Below, in pieces: positions 1-9,668 of a stretch of DNA of 60,984 bases. A program made the translations under genes and the position numbers. The notes under the pieces were generated by a model. It made no database searches, was not told the origin of the DNA, and worked only from the letters and a program-made list of their open reading frames with translations. The first letter of the stretch is position 1. Each line of letters starts with the position of its first letter. The stretch comes from Bacteroidota bacterium (lineage in GTDB: Bacteria; Bacteroidota; Bacteroidia; Bacteroidales; DYOH01), in assembly GCA_020048155.1 (NCBI GenBank), contig JAIFMY010000061.1, positions 1 to 60,984 of the forward strand, written 5' to 3'.

Positions 1-174
1 GGCGGAAAAATTGCATGGGTAAGCCCCGAAGCAGAATTTACCCCAAAAATAATACAAACCAAAGATGAGCGCGTGAATATGGTATATGCCATACTGATAG
101 ATGTGAAAAACGATGGCACCCTGAAAAATGGCATGCCCGGCGAAGTAGTATTCGACACAACAGAACAAGAATAA
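1..174 (+). CDS. HlyD-family periplasmic adaptor subunit (YbhG-like), 3' end only
   Basis: Frame 1 reads GGKIAWVSPEAEFTPKIIQTKDERVNMVYAILIDVKNDGTLKNGMPGEVVF...*. AEFTPKxIQTxxER is typical of YbhG-like adaptors. Stop at 172-174, 3 nt before the next ATG. Missing from the ORF track because it is truncated. Confidence 0.88.
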   Translation, partial: GGKIAWVSPEAEFTPKIIQTKDERVNMVYAILIDVKNDGTLKNGMPGEVVFDTTEQE

Positions 175-177
175 AAC

Positions 178-1101
178 ATGGAAAGCATTTCCATACATAT
201 CGACGATGTGAGCAAGACCTACGCCAACGGGGAGGGAATAAGCAACATATCGCTCAGCGTGAAGCGTGGCGAACTGGTAGGCCTCATAGGCCCCGATGGT
301 GCCGGAAAAACAACCATACTTCGCATCATCACTACCCTGCTGCTTGCCGACAAAGGCATGGCTATGGTCGAAGGTTTTGACTGCCACAAACAATACAAAA
401 ATGTGCGCCGCATCATTGGGTATATGCCCGGCAGATTCTCACTGTATCAAGATTTAACAGTAGAAGAAAATCTGAAGTTTTTTGCAACCATATTTGGCAC
501 TACCATCGAAGAAAATTATGAGCTCATCCGTCCCATTTATTCGCAAATAGAACCATTCAAAAACCGAAGGGCAGGAGCACTCTCAGGTGGGATGAAACAA
601 AAACTGGCTTTATCCTGTTCTCTCATACACAAACCCTCGGTGCTAATACTCGACGAGCCCACAACGGGCGTAGATGCGGTATCGAGGCGTGAATTCTGGG
701 AAATGCTGAAGGGCATAAAAGAGAAGGACATTGCCATACTGGTATCTACCCCATACATGGACGAAGCTTCGCTTTGCGACCGGGTAGCGCTCATGCAGGA
801 CGGAAAAATCATGCAAATAGGAACCCCGGCCCATATCACCTCGCAATTTGCGCATACCTTGTATTCAGTGAAATCGGAAAATATGTATGCCATACTCAAA
901 AGCTTGCGCACATATCCGCTCGTACATTCGGTTTTTCCTTTTGGCCAGAAGCTTCACCTTACACTCAAAACGGGCGATGCTGCCGATGCGAAGCATTTCC
1001 TGCAAACACAAGGTTTCGAAGAAGTAACTATTGAGCAAATCGTACCCAATATAGAAGATTGTTTCATGGAACTGATGAGCAGCAAAAAAACTGAAGTATG
1101 A
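178..1101 (+). CDS. ABC transporter ATP-binding protein (YbhF/DrrA-like)
   Basis: Walker A GPDGAGKT, signature LSGGMKQ, Walker B LILDEPT. Confidence 0.95.
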   Translation: MESISIHIDDVSKTYANGEGISNISLSVKRGELVGLIGPDGAGKTTILRIITTLLLADKGMAMVEGFDCHKQYKNVRRIIGYMPGRFSLYQDLTVEENLKFFATIFGTTIEENYELIRPIYSQIEPFKNRRAGALSGGMKQKLALSCSLIHKPSVLILDEPTTGVDAVSRREFWEMLKGIKEKDIAILVSTPYMDEASLCDRVALMQDGKIMQIGTPAHITSQFAHTLYSVKSENMYAILKSLRTYPLVHSVFPFGQKLHLTLKTGDAADAKHFLQTQGFEEVTIEQIVPNIEDCFMELMSSKKTEV

Positions 1102-1832
1102 ATACACGCGAGGTAATAATAGATGTAGAAAATCTGGTGAAAAAATTCGGTAGTTTCGTAGCTAACGATCACCTTACTTTTCAGGTATATAAGGGTGAGA
1201 TATTCGGTTTTTTGGGAGCCAATGGTGCGGGAAAAACAACCGCCATTCGCATACTTTGCGGCCTTTCTACCCCCACTGCCGGCAAAATTTGGGTGGCCGG
1301 GTTCGACGCATTTCACCAGACTGAGCAGATAAAGCGCAATATTGGCTACATGAGCCAGCGTTTCTCGTTGTACGATGACCTTACGGTGGCCGAAAACATT
1401 GCATTCTATGGTGGTATATACGGCATGAGTAGGAAAGAAATAAAGGAAAAAACCGAAGTTTTACTGAATAAGCTCGAGTTTTCATCCCAAAAAAACAAAC
1501 TCATAAGCGACTTGCCCTTAGGTTGGAAGCAGAAACTTGCCTTTTCGGTAGCTATTTTTCACAACCCCAAAATTGTATTTCTGGATGAACCCACAGGCGG
1601 TGTAGACCCAATCACACGTCGCAGTTTCTGGGATTTGATATACGAAGCTGCAGAAAATGGAATTACCGTTTTTGTAACCACACACTACATGGACGAAGCC
1701 GAATACTGCAACCGTGTTTCAATCATGGTAGATGGAAAAATAGCCGCACTCGATACCCCCGAAGGCCTCAAAAATGCCTGGAATGCAAACAATATGGATG
1801 AAGTTTTCCTGAAAATAACCCGGAAATTATGA
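1098..1832 (+). CDS. ABC transporter ATP-binding protein (second NBD of YbhF-like pair)
   Basis: Walker A GANGAGKT, LPLGWKQ signature variant, FLDEPTGG, H-loop TTHYMDEAE. ATGA overlap with upstream gene. Confidence 0.95.
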   Translation: MNTREVIIDVENLVKKFGSFVANDHLTFQVYKGEIFGFLGANGAGKTTAIRILCGLSTPTAGKIWVAGFDAFHQTEQIKRNIGYMSQRFSLYDDLTVAENIAFYGGIYGMSRKEIKEKTEVLLNKLEFSSQKNKLISDLPLGWKQKLAFSVAIFHNPKIVFLDEPTGGVDPITRRSFWDLIYEAAENGITVFVTTHYMDEAEYCNRVSIMVDGKIAALDTPEGLKNAWNANNMDEVFLKITRKL

Positions 1833-2935
1833 AACGATTTTTTGGATTCGTGAAAAAGGAATTTTTTCACATCATACGCGATCCGCGTACCCTGGTCATA
1901 CTTTTTGGTATACCCATAGTGGAAATCATGCTTTTCGGGTATGTAATTACCAATGAACTGAAAGACATTCCGGTAGCAGTACTCGACAAAAGCGGCGATG
2001 AAGTGACTGTAGAAATACAGAATAAAATATACTCTTCCGGTTTTTTCCTCAGAGGCGGCAACCTTTATTCCGAAAAAGAAATAGAAAAGGCTTTTAGAAA
2101 AGGACACATCAAACAAGTAATAGTATTTGAAGCAGATTTTTCTGAAAAACTTGAAAAAGAAGGGACTGCACACATAGAACTCATCACCGATGCCTCTGAT
2201 GCCAATACCGCCAGCATGATAGTAAGCTATACCAATGCCATCATTCAGGATTACATGTCGTACCGAAACCGCCAATTGCAGATGCCATTGCAAATAAATG
2301 TGGAAACCCGCATGCAATACAATCCGGAACTGAAAGGCTCGTATATGTTTGTGCCGGGCACTATGGCCCTGATACTCATGCTTATTTCCGCCATGATGAC
2401 AAGTATATCCATAGCCCGCGAGAAAGAATTGGGGACGATGGAAATATTGCTGGTATCGCCCCTCAATCCGCTTCAGATAGTGCTGGGCAAGGTTGCCCCA
2501 TATTTCGGATTATCCATCATAAATGCCATCACCATAGTTACTCTCGGCAATCTGGTATTTGGTGTCCCCATCAACGGCAGCATTGTATTGCTCATGACCT
2601 TGGTTATGCTTTTCATACTCATGGCATTGTCGCTGGGGTTGCTTATAAGCACAGTGGCCAAAAGTCAGCAGCAGGCCATGTTTCTGAGCATGTTTGTACT
2701 CATGCTCCCCACCATTCTGCTGAGCGGATTTATATTTCCAATAGAAAACATGCCCTGGCTTTTGCAGGTGCTTGCCAACATCATGCCCCCCAAGTATTTC
2801 ATCATCATACTCAAAAACATCATGCTCAAGGGCACCGGATTTGAATATGTGTGGAAAGAAACGCTGATATTGATTGGAATGACGGTAGTTTTTATAGGCC
2901 TGAGTGTAAAGAAATTTAAAATAAGACTGGAGTAA
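1829..2935 (+). CDS. ABC-2 type permease (YbhS-like)
   Basis: KEFFHIIRDPRTL start, periplasmic loop, YNPEL...FVPG, REKELGTME motif, C-terminal TM helices. Confidence 0.93.
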   Translation: MKRFFGFVKKEFFHIIRDPRTLVILFGIPIVEIMLFGYVITNELKDIPVAVLDKSGDEVTVEIQNKIYSSGFFLRGGNLYSEKEIEKAFRKGHIKQVIVFEADFSEKLEKEGTAHIELITDASDANTASMIVSYTNAIIQDYMSYRNRQLQMPLQINVETRMQYNPELKGSYMFVPGTMALILMLISAMMTSISIAREKELGTMEILLVSPLNPLQIVLGKVAPYFGLSIINAITIVTLGNLVFGVPINGSIVLLMTLVMLFILMALSLGLLISTVAKSQQQAMFLSMFVLMLPTILLSGFIFPIENMPWLLQVLANIMPPKYFIIILKNIMLKGTGFEYVWKETLILIGMTVVFIGLSVKKFKIRLE

Positions 2936-2937
2936 TT

Positions 2938-4059
2938 ATGCGCATGCTTTTAATCATACTTCAAAAGGAATTTAAGCAGATATTCCGTAACAAAGTGATG
3001 TTGCCCATTATTTTTGTAATGCCCATCGTGCAAATGACCATCTTAGTGTATGCCGCTACCATGGAGATAAAAAACATCGATTTGCTTATAGTGGACCAAG
3101 ATTTGAGTGCTACATCGCGTGGCATCAGTTCTCATTTTCAGGGTTCCCCGTTTTTCAATACAGAGATATCGCAAATGAGTGCCAAAGATGCATACGGAAA
3201 ATTGGAATCAGACGAAGCCGACCTCATTTTGTTCATTCCTGCAAATATGGAACACGATTTATACCGAAATGGCAATGCGGTAATGCAAATCACCGCCAAC
3301 GCCATAAACGGCATGGTGGCAGGCATAGGTACTTCCATCGTTTCACAAACCATCATGCAATACAACCGAAATCTGGTGCTCAACTACTTGAAAGTGCCCG
3401 ATACACGCGGTATACAGCATCAAATATCTACCACATACAGGTATTGGTACAATCCTTATCTTGATTCTAAATCGTTTATGGTGCCGGGTATACTTACCAT
3501 ATTGGTAACTGCTATCGGACTGTTCTTATCAGGATTCAACTTGGTACGCGAGAAAGAATTGGGAACCATTGAACAAATAAATGTAACCCCCATAAAGAAA
3601 TATGCCTTTTTAGCCGGAAAACTTATCCCATTTATGGTGATAGCTTTATTTGACCTGACCTTAGGGTTGCTTTTCGGAAAATTGCTATTTGATGTGCCCA
3701 TAGTAGGAAATATATTGGTGATGTATACCATGGCTATTGCATACTTGTTGGTAGTGCTCAGCCTCGGATTATTATTATCAACCATCAGCAGTACTCAGCA
3801 GCAGGTGTTGTTTACTGCCTTTTTCTTCATGATTGTATTTATGCTCATGAGCGGGCTATTCACACCTACCGAAAGTATGCCCAACTGGGCTCAGGACGTG
3901 AACAAGATAAACCCTATTGCACATTTTATGCGAGCCATGCGTATGATATTGCTCAAAGGCAGCACCATGAACGATGTGTTGAGCGAATTTTTTATACTGA
4001 TGGGTACAGGCATTGTGCTAATGAGTACAGCCATATGGCGATACAAAAAGGCGAGCTAA
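2938..4059 (+). CDS. ABC-2 type permease (YbhR-like)
   Basis: KEFKQIFR, YNPYL...MVPG, REKELGTIEQINVTP motif, multiple TM helices. Confidence 0.93.
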   Translation: MRMLLIILQKEFKQIFRNKVMLPIIFVMPIVQMTILVYAATMEIKNIDLLIVDQDLSATSRGISSHFQGSPFFNTEISQMSAKDAYGKLESDEADLILFIPANMEHDLYRNGNAVMQITANAINGMVAGIGTSIVSQTIMQYNRNLVLNYLKVPDTRGIQHQISTTYRYWYNPYLDSKSFMVPGILTILVTAIGLFLSGFNLVREKELGTIEQINVTPIKKYAFLAGKLIPFMVIALFDLTLGLLFGKLLFDVPIVGNILVMYTMAIAYLLVVLSLGLLLSTISSTQQQVLFTAFFFMIVFMLMSGLFTPTESMPNWAQDVNKINPIAHFMRAMRMILLKGSTMNDVLSEFFILMGTGIVLMSTAIWRYKKAS

Positions 4060-4101
4060 CGCTGTTGCTGCTAAATATTCCAAAAAGGTTTATATAACCT
4101 G

Positions 4102-4150
4102 AAACCACAAGCCAAGAATATCGAAGTTTTTGGCTTGTGGTTTTACTTTC
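4102..4150 (+). terminator. Intrinsic terminator of the efflux operon
   Basis: Perfect 14-bp stem AAACCACAAGCCAA (4102-4115) / TTGGCTTGTGGTTT (4130-4143) followed by a T-rich tract, about 40 nt after the stop. Confidence 0.8.
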
Positions 4151-4401
4151 TATCCTTTATAAATCAAATTAGCGTGGTTTATCCAATAATTAAAAATAAG
4201 GTTACATATCCTTCATATTGCATTTGACTAATACGGATTCAAGCAACAAATAAGGTTATAAATTCCCCCAATTTAGTCATCAAATGAACCTATTTAGAAA
4301 TCAGATTCATAGAAATGTAAACCATAGTAAAAAAAGTAGCTCGGAGCAATAGCAAAGGTGCATCTAGCTAAGCAAATGAGCAGATTCAATATTTTCAAAC
4401 G

Positions 4402-4436
4402 AAAAAAAAATCCGATTCTACCTGAATAGAACCGGA
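4402..4436 (-). terminator. Intrinsic terminator of satP
   Basis: Minus strand TCCGGTTCTA-loop-TAGAATCGGA (one G.U pair) followed by T9. Confidence 0.8.
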
Positions 4437-4466
4437 CTACTATAATGAAAAAAAAAAGAAGCAAAC

Positions 4467-5027
4467 TTACAAAAGCGGTTTACCAAAAGGCAAAACTGTT
4501 TTTCCGGCCAAATCGTTGATGATGATGGCAGCCATCATATACCAAGCAGCACCAGCACATACAAGCAATTCATATCCTGCAATTTTATTGAAAACAGGAT
4601 AGCCAAAGTGGCCTATTACTAAAAGCAAGAAACCCAACAGCAATGTACCAAATGTAACTACCATAGCCATATGCACACGCAACGAAGCTATGAACATGAT
4701 GAGGGTGTATAGCATCCAAGCCAGCAGGAAGAAACCAACATCCGAGGTTGATGAAACATATATTTCACTGATATTCAGCATCCAGATAATGCCTAATCCT
4801 ATCCAGAATGCACCATAGGACACGAATGCACTGAATCCGAAATTATTGCCCAACTTTTGTTCCATGAAACCGGCAATAAACTGAGCCAGGCCACCAAAAA
4901 TAAAGCCCATAGCCACTACTGGGCCCAAGCCTATAAAACCAATGTTGTGAAATTGTAGCAACATGGTTGTAAGTCCAAATCCAGCGAGGCCAACTACTGC
5001 CGGATTGGCGAATTTTTTCTCAGTCAT
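4467..5027 (-). CDS. satP: Acetate/succinate uptake transporter, GPR1/FUN34/YaaH (SatP) family
   Basis: N-terminal ANPAVVGLAGFGLTT resembles the family NPAPLGLxGF motif; AQFIAG, NNFGFSAFVSYGAFW; six hydrophobic helices. ATG at 5027 preferred over TTG at 5033. Confidence 0.9.
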   Translation of the reverse strand: MTEKKFANPAVVGLAGFGLTTMLLQFHNIGFIGLGPVVAMGFIFGGLAQFIAGFMEQKLGNNFGFSAFVSYGAFWIGLGIIWMLNISEIYVSSTSDVGFFLLAWMLYTLIMFIASLRVHMAMVVTFGTLLLGFLLLVIGHFGYPVFNKIAGYELLVCAGAAWYMMAAIIINDLAGKTVLPFGKPLL

Positions 5028-5054
5028 AGTCAAAATATTTTATTTGAAACGGCG

Positions 5055-5062
5055 CAAATGTA
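5055..5062 (-). promoter_or_regulatory. Bacteroidota sigma-A -7 box for satP
   Basis: Minus strand TACATTTG matches TAnnTTTG, 28 nt upstream of the ATG. Confidence 0.6.
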
Positions 5063-5562
5063 AAGAATATACATATATAAATTTCAACACTTTTGTCATA
5101 TTTATGTGTTAGAATTTAATTATAAACTCAAAAAACTGACAATACGTATTTTGTATAAGCCAAATGATTCATCTGTGTGAATATTGAGTTCATTTCAAAC
5201 ACAAACCATACATTGGAGACGTATTCAACCGTAAAATTTCAAATGAAGACTTGAAACTAAGCATTACCGGGCACCTCACATATTTTATGCAGGAGTATAT
5301 TATAATTTGAATTTCAAGAAACTTAACCCCAAACAGGATTATCTTGAGGTTCGGATCGCCAAAAATGCGGTGCGTATGAAATACTATTCTTATTAGTATG
5401 CATGAAGTAAATAAGTTGCAATATTAAATTTTATTAAGATGAGTGCCTGCTTTTTGAAAAATTGAAAACGAAGTATTATGTTTGTGTTTCGAATTAGCTT
5501 ATTTTAAGCATTTCGACTGCAATTGTACAGCCAAGATATAATGTAAAAATAAGCAATACCAT

Positions 5563-8500
5563 ATGTTCAGAAGTTTATACTTTCCTTTGCTTTTCATCTT
5601 GCTTTTTTTCATACTTTTCACAGAAGCCCAATCTCAGAACGAGCGAATGCTTACATATAATAGCCGCAACAATGGTTTAGTGAATAATTTAACTAAAGCT
5701 GTGGCACAAGATAGTCTAGGGTTTGTGTGGGTTGCTACCGACGAAGGCCTTTCACGCTTCAATGGCATGGTGTTTCAGAACTTTTTAGCAGGGTTGCCTA
5801 GTAACTACGTTAAATCATTTTTAAAAACAAAAAACGGCGCGCTACTGGCGGCTACCGATATGGGGATTGTTAAAATTATTAGCAAACCCGATACTGCATA
5901 TTTTATAAATATCATAAAAGGCAGCGACCAAATTACCGACTCTACAGTGCATTATCCAAAGCTTATGATGGAAGACTCGAAGCAAAACATTTGGATAACC
6001 GACAACAAGGGAATAGTATGTTATAGGAATAAAACATTAAAAAGGTATGCTTTCGACCGAACGTTTAAAAATATTAACTACCAAAGAACCTTTTCGATTG
6101 TCGAAATGCCAAGCGGAAATATATTCGCTTTTTCGCCAGATGGCTACGCCTATTTTTTAGATAATAAAATCGATAACTTTATTGAAATAAAAGGACTTAC
6201 GCAGTTTCAAGGTGTAAACTTTGCAATCGCAATCAATGCAAATACCATATTGCTGGCTACAAGTTTAGGTATTTACGAACTCAAAACCGATGCTAACAAC
6301 ACGATCCTTAGTCATAGGAACATTTTTCCGGATATAGATGCTAGCTATATAGTACAGAAAAATGAATACGAATTTGCAATAAGCACTTGGGCAAGTTACG
6401 TTGTTGTTATTTCTAACCGCGATAATAAATATGAAATTAAAAAGACAAGTTATCTATCGGCACAAAGGGCCAATTGGATATATATTGATCGTTTTAAGAA
6501 CGCATTTGTGAGCACCGACGAAGGCATTGTTCTCATACAGCCAACACAATTTCTGGCTGAAACCAACAAGAATTACCAAAGTTACATCAATTCATTGTCC
6601 TTGTTTTCAGACCGCGAAATTTGGGCAACCAATTACGGCAGCATTCTAAAAATAAGTTATAGCAACAACCAAATTATAACAACGCCTATTGCCCGCCCTG
6701 CGCTTATAGGCGACATTTCGGCAGCTGTTCCCTCAAAAATTAAAGCAAACAGCTATTGGATTTCTACCAATGCAGCCATGCTATACTTTGTAGTAAATAA
6801 TAAAATTGAAAAAACAATTGATATTTCGGCCATCGGGAAAAACATGTTTACTTGCATGGAAGACGATGAAGAAAATCTTTGGGGCTGTGTAGATGGGTTC
6901 GACGGCGTTGTTAAAATTTCCCGCGATTTTGTACTTAAGCCTTATGGCAAAGATAAGGGACTAAATAACAAGCTTATAGTTGTAAAGCAACGAAGCGATG
7001 GTACCATTTTTGGAGGTGGAGGTACCGACAACAACTACCTATACCAATACAATAAAACCGAAGATAAATTTTATAATCTAAGCCGCAAATTAAATTTTAT
7101 AACCAATAACGATATATATATCAACGATATAGCATTTTACTCAAATATTATTTGGTTAGCAACAACCCATGGTGTGCTCAAATACGATTCTGTAAAAACC
7201 GAAAGATTAAATCTGGGCGATTATACCGAAAGAAATACGTTTTCGATTGCCGCCGAAAATAGCGGTGCGCTCTGGTTTTCTAATGGAAAAGGGGTAATGA
7301 AATACGCTAATAATCAGGCTGTGCTATTCGACGACAATAACGGTTTATCCAACTTAACAGCAACGTACCGCTGTTTGGCCATCGATAGCTTAAATCGTAT
7401 TTGGCTTGGTACCTCACTAGGGGTAAATTTTTCGGAGAACTTGGCTCAAACCCAATCTACACCATTGCCTATTATTACAAACATATACGTCAACAATAGC
7501 AAAATAAAAGACCTCACCGGACAAATAAAGTATACCAAAGGTTCTTTTCTCACACTAAACTTTTTTTCCCTATCGTTTCCCGGAAATGAAATAAGCTACC
7601 AGTACAAACTATCCGCCGAAAACAGCAATTGGATTGACATTCAATCGAAAACAGAACTTATATTACCAAACTTGCCGGTAGGTAAACACAGTTTTGAAAT
7701 AAGAGCGAAACAACAAGGCAATTATCAGTGGAGTGAAGGTACCAGACTCGAAATTTTGATAATTCGCCCTTGGTTCATGCGGTGGTGGGCTTACGTCCTG
7801 TATTTCATTGTCTTAAATCTGGTAATTTATGTAATTGTAAAAATAAATTCGAACCGTTTAGAAGCCCAAAAATTGCATTTGGAACAACTTGTGAAAGAGC
7901 GAACCAACGAAGTGGTAGCACAAAAAAATGAAATATTAGGTAAAAATGAAGTGCTGCAGCAAAATATGGAAGAGCTACGAACACTGAACGAAAACGTAGA
8001 AGAACAAAAAAATATAATTGCAAAAACAAATTTACGGCTACAACTTCAGGCAACCGAACTTTCAGAAAAAAATACCACCCTGGAGCAATTTAACTACCAG
8101 TTGAAAAAATATTACACTGTATTGGAACAAAGCCCTGCAGCAGTGCTTATAACCGACATAAACGGGACAATAGAATATGTAAACCCATTTTTCACAAAAC
8201 TAACCGGATACACTACGGATGAAGTGATTGGCAAAAATCCAAGAATATTAAAATCTAAAGAAACACCCAACGAAGTGTTTACCGACTTATGGAGCACTAT
8301 TTTAAGTGGCAAAATATGGGAGGGAACAATTACAAATCGTAAAAAAGACAAAAGCCTTATTGTAGAAAAAGTTATTATTGCCCCTATTTTCGACAACAAT
8401 ACCATCGTCAATTTTGTTGCCATTAAAAACGATGTAACAGAACTTATCAGGGCCGAAAAACTTATTCTTGAATCATTGGAAACCACACAGAAACAGAAAG

Positions 8501-9297
8501 TGATTATTGAAAAAGCACATAAGAATATTGTAAATAGCATAAATTACGGCAAAACAATCCAAGACGCTTTACTTACCAGCAAAAAACTTATAGACCAATA
8601 CTTAAGTGAGTATTTTTTGCTTTTCAAACCAAAAGAGACAGTAAGTGGCGATTTTTATTATATAAACAAAATTAGCGATACATTGATATTCGCTGTAGCC
8701 GATTGCACCGGGCACGGTGTTTCAGGAGGTTTTATGACTATGCTAGGAATTACCTATATTCATGAAATAGTTCGACAAACAGAAATTTCTGACGCAAACC
8801 GGGTACTTAGCGTATTGCGCGACCGATTTAAAAACACATTTAAAACTTTTGGTACCGAAAATCGAAACGGAATGGATATAAACTTCTGTACAGTAAACCT
8901 CAAAACGAATGTTTTGCAATACGCCGGAGCTTACAATCCCCTTTTTATAATACGAAACGGCGAGCTTACCGAATACGAAGCTACCAGAGCGCCTATCGGT
9001 TTTTATCCTGTTGAAATTGAGTTTAAAAATAATGAAATTCAACTATATGACAACGATTTGATTTATTTGTTTTCAGATGGTTACCAAGATCAATTGGGAG
9101 GCGATAATTCAAGAAAATTTACTAAAAAGCAATTTAAGCAAAAGCTTATTGATGTAAGTTCGGAACCGCTAAGCATACAATTCCAAATAATTGAAGACGA
9201 CTTAAAAAATTGGCAAAAAGAACGAGCTCAAACAGACGACATTACCGTTTTAGGGCTAAAATGGAAAACACAATCCATTCATGAAATCGAAGCGTAA
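5563..9297 (+). CDS. Membrane sensor phosphatase: beta-propeller (Reg_prop) repeats + Y_Y_Y + TM + coiled coil + PAS/PAC + SpoIIE (PP2C)
   Basis: Signal peptide; QDSLGFVWVATDEGLSRFNG repeats; YQYKL...W...NLPVGKHSFEIRA; TM PWFMRWWAYVLY; PAS ITDINGTIEYVNPFFTKLTGY...IGKNPRIL; PP2C motifs VSGDFYY, ADCTGHGV, GMD, SDGYQDQ, DDITV. Confidence 0.92.
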   Translation: MFRSLYFPLLFILLFFILFTEAQSQNERMLTYNSRNNGLVNNLTKAVAQDSLGFVWVATDEGLSRFNGMVFQNFLAGLPSNYVKSFLKTKNGALLAATDMGIVKIISKPDTAYFINIIKGSDQITDSTVHYPKLMMEDSKQNIWITDNKGIVCYRNKTLKRYAFDRTFKNINYQRTFSIVEMPSGNIFAFSPDGYAYFLDNKIDNFIEIKGLTQFQGVNFAIAINANTILLATSLGIYELKTDANNTILSHRNIFPDIDASYIVQKNEYEFAISTWASYVVVISNRDNKYEIKKTSYLSAQRANWIYIDRFKNAFVSTDEGIVLIQPTQFLAETNKNYQSYINSLSLFSDREIWATNYGSILKISYSNNQIITTPIARPALIGDISAAVPSKIKANSYWISTNAAMLYFVVNNKIEKTIDISAIGKNMFTCMEDDEENLWGCVDGFDGVVKISRDFVLKPYGKDKGLNNKLIVVKQRSDGTIFGGGGTDNNYLYQYNKTEDKFYNLSRKLNFITNNDIYINDIAFYSNIIWLATTHGVLKYDSVKTERLNLGDYTERNTFSIAAENSGALWFSNGKGVMKYANNQAVLFDDNNGLSNLTATYRCLAIDSLNRIWLGTSLGVNFSENLAQTQSTPLPIITNIYVNNSKIKDLTGQIKYTKGSFLTLNFFSLSFPGNEISYQYKLSAENSNWIDIQSKTELILPNLPVGKHSFEIRAKQQGNYQWSEGTRLEILIIRPWFMRWWAYVLYFIVLNLVIYVIVKINSNRLEAQKLHLEQLVKERTNEVVAQKNEILGKNEVLQQNMEELRTLNENVEEQKNIIAKTNLRLQLQATELSEKNTTLEQFNYQLKKYYTVLEQSPAAVLITDINGTIEYVNPFFTKLTGYTTDEVIGKNPRILKSKETPNEVFTDLWSTILSGKIWEGTITNRKKDKSLIVEKVIIAPIFDNNTIVNFVAIKNDVTELIRAEKLILESLETTQKQKVIIEKAHKNIVNSINYGKTIQDALLTSKKLIDQYLSEYFLLFKPKETVSGDFYYINKISDTLIFAVADCTGHGVSGGFMTMLGITYIHEIVRQTEISDANRVLSVLRDRFKNTFKTFGTENRNGMDINFCTVNLKTNVLQYAGAYNPLFIIRNGELTEYEATRAPIGFYPVEIEFKNNEIQLYDNDLIYLFSDGYQDQLGGDNSRKFTKKQFKQKLIDVSSEPLSIQFQIIEDDLKNWQKERAQTDDITVLGLKWKTQSIHEIEA

Positions 9298-9668
9298 ATC
9301 TATTCTCTAATTTGTATTTTATACGTTATAAGTTAGTCTATTTGATATACATTCAAAGTTGATTTTCTGTAAATATATTTTCAGCATTTCGTCATAACGG
9401 ACAATCATATGCTCACCATTACCTATCCATAAACAATACACCACTAAAAGTATCTTAAGCCATACACGAAGCTATTTGAATCTCGGAAAATGATGTACCA
9501 GTTCATACACCAATTTAATAAAAATTGAATCTCGCAGGCAATTTAGGCTTTTGGTATATTCATACTTTTTTTGTTCATTTAATGCATAAATTGCGATAAT
9601 TATTAATTGCCATGGGTTTTGCTGTGGATACAATTTTTTGATATAATTTTAAATCAATTCTGAGTAAA

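Noticed and set aside
178-1832. Split (pseudogenised) ybhF
   Set aside because: Each ORF is a complete NBD with its own start and an ATGA overlap; a two-gene arrangement is plausible as the native state.
4194-4258. 11-bp direct repeat AAATAAGGTTA x2
   Set aside because: AT-rich, only two copies, lies between two terminators; compatible with chance.
5164-5310. Small selenoprotein or read-through ORF (ATG...TGA at 5185...TGA)
   Set aside because: No recognisable homology, redox motif or SECIS-like hairpin after the TGA.
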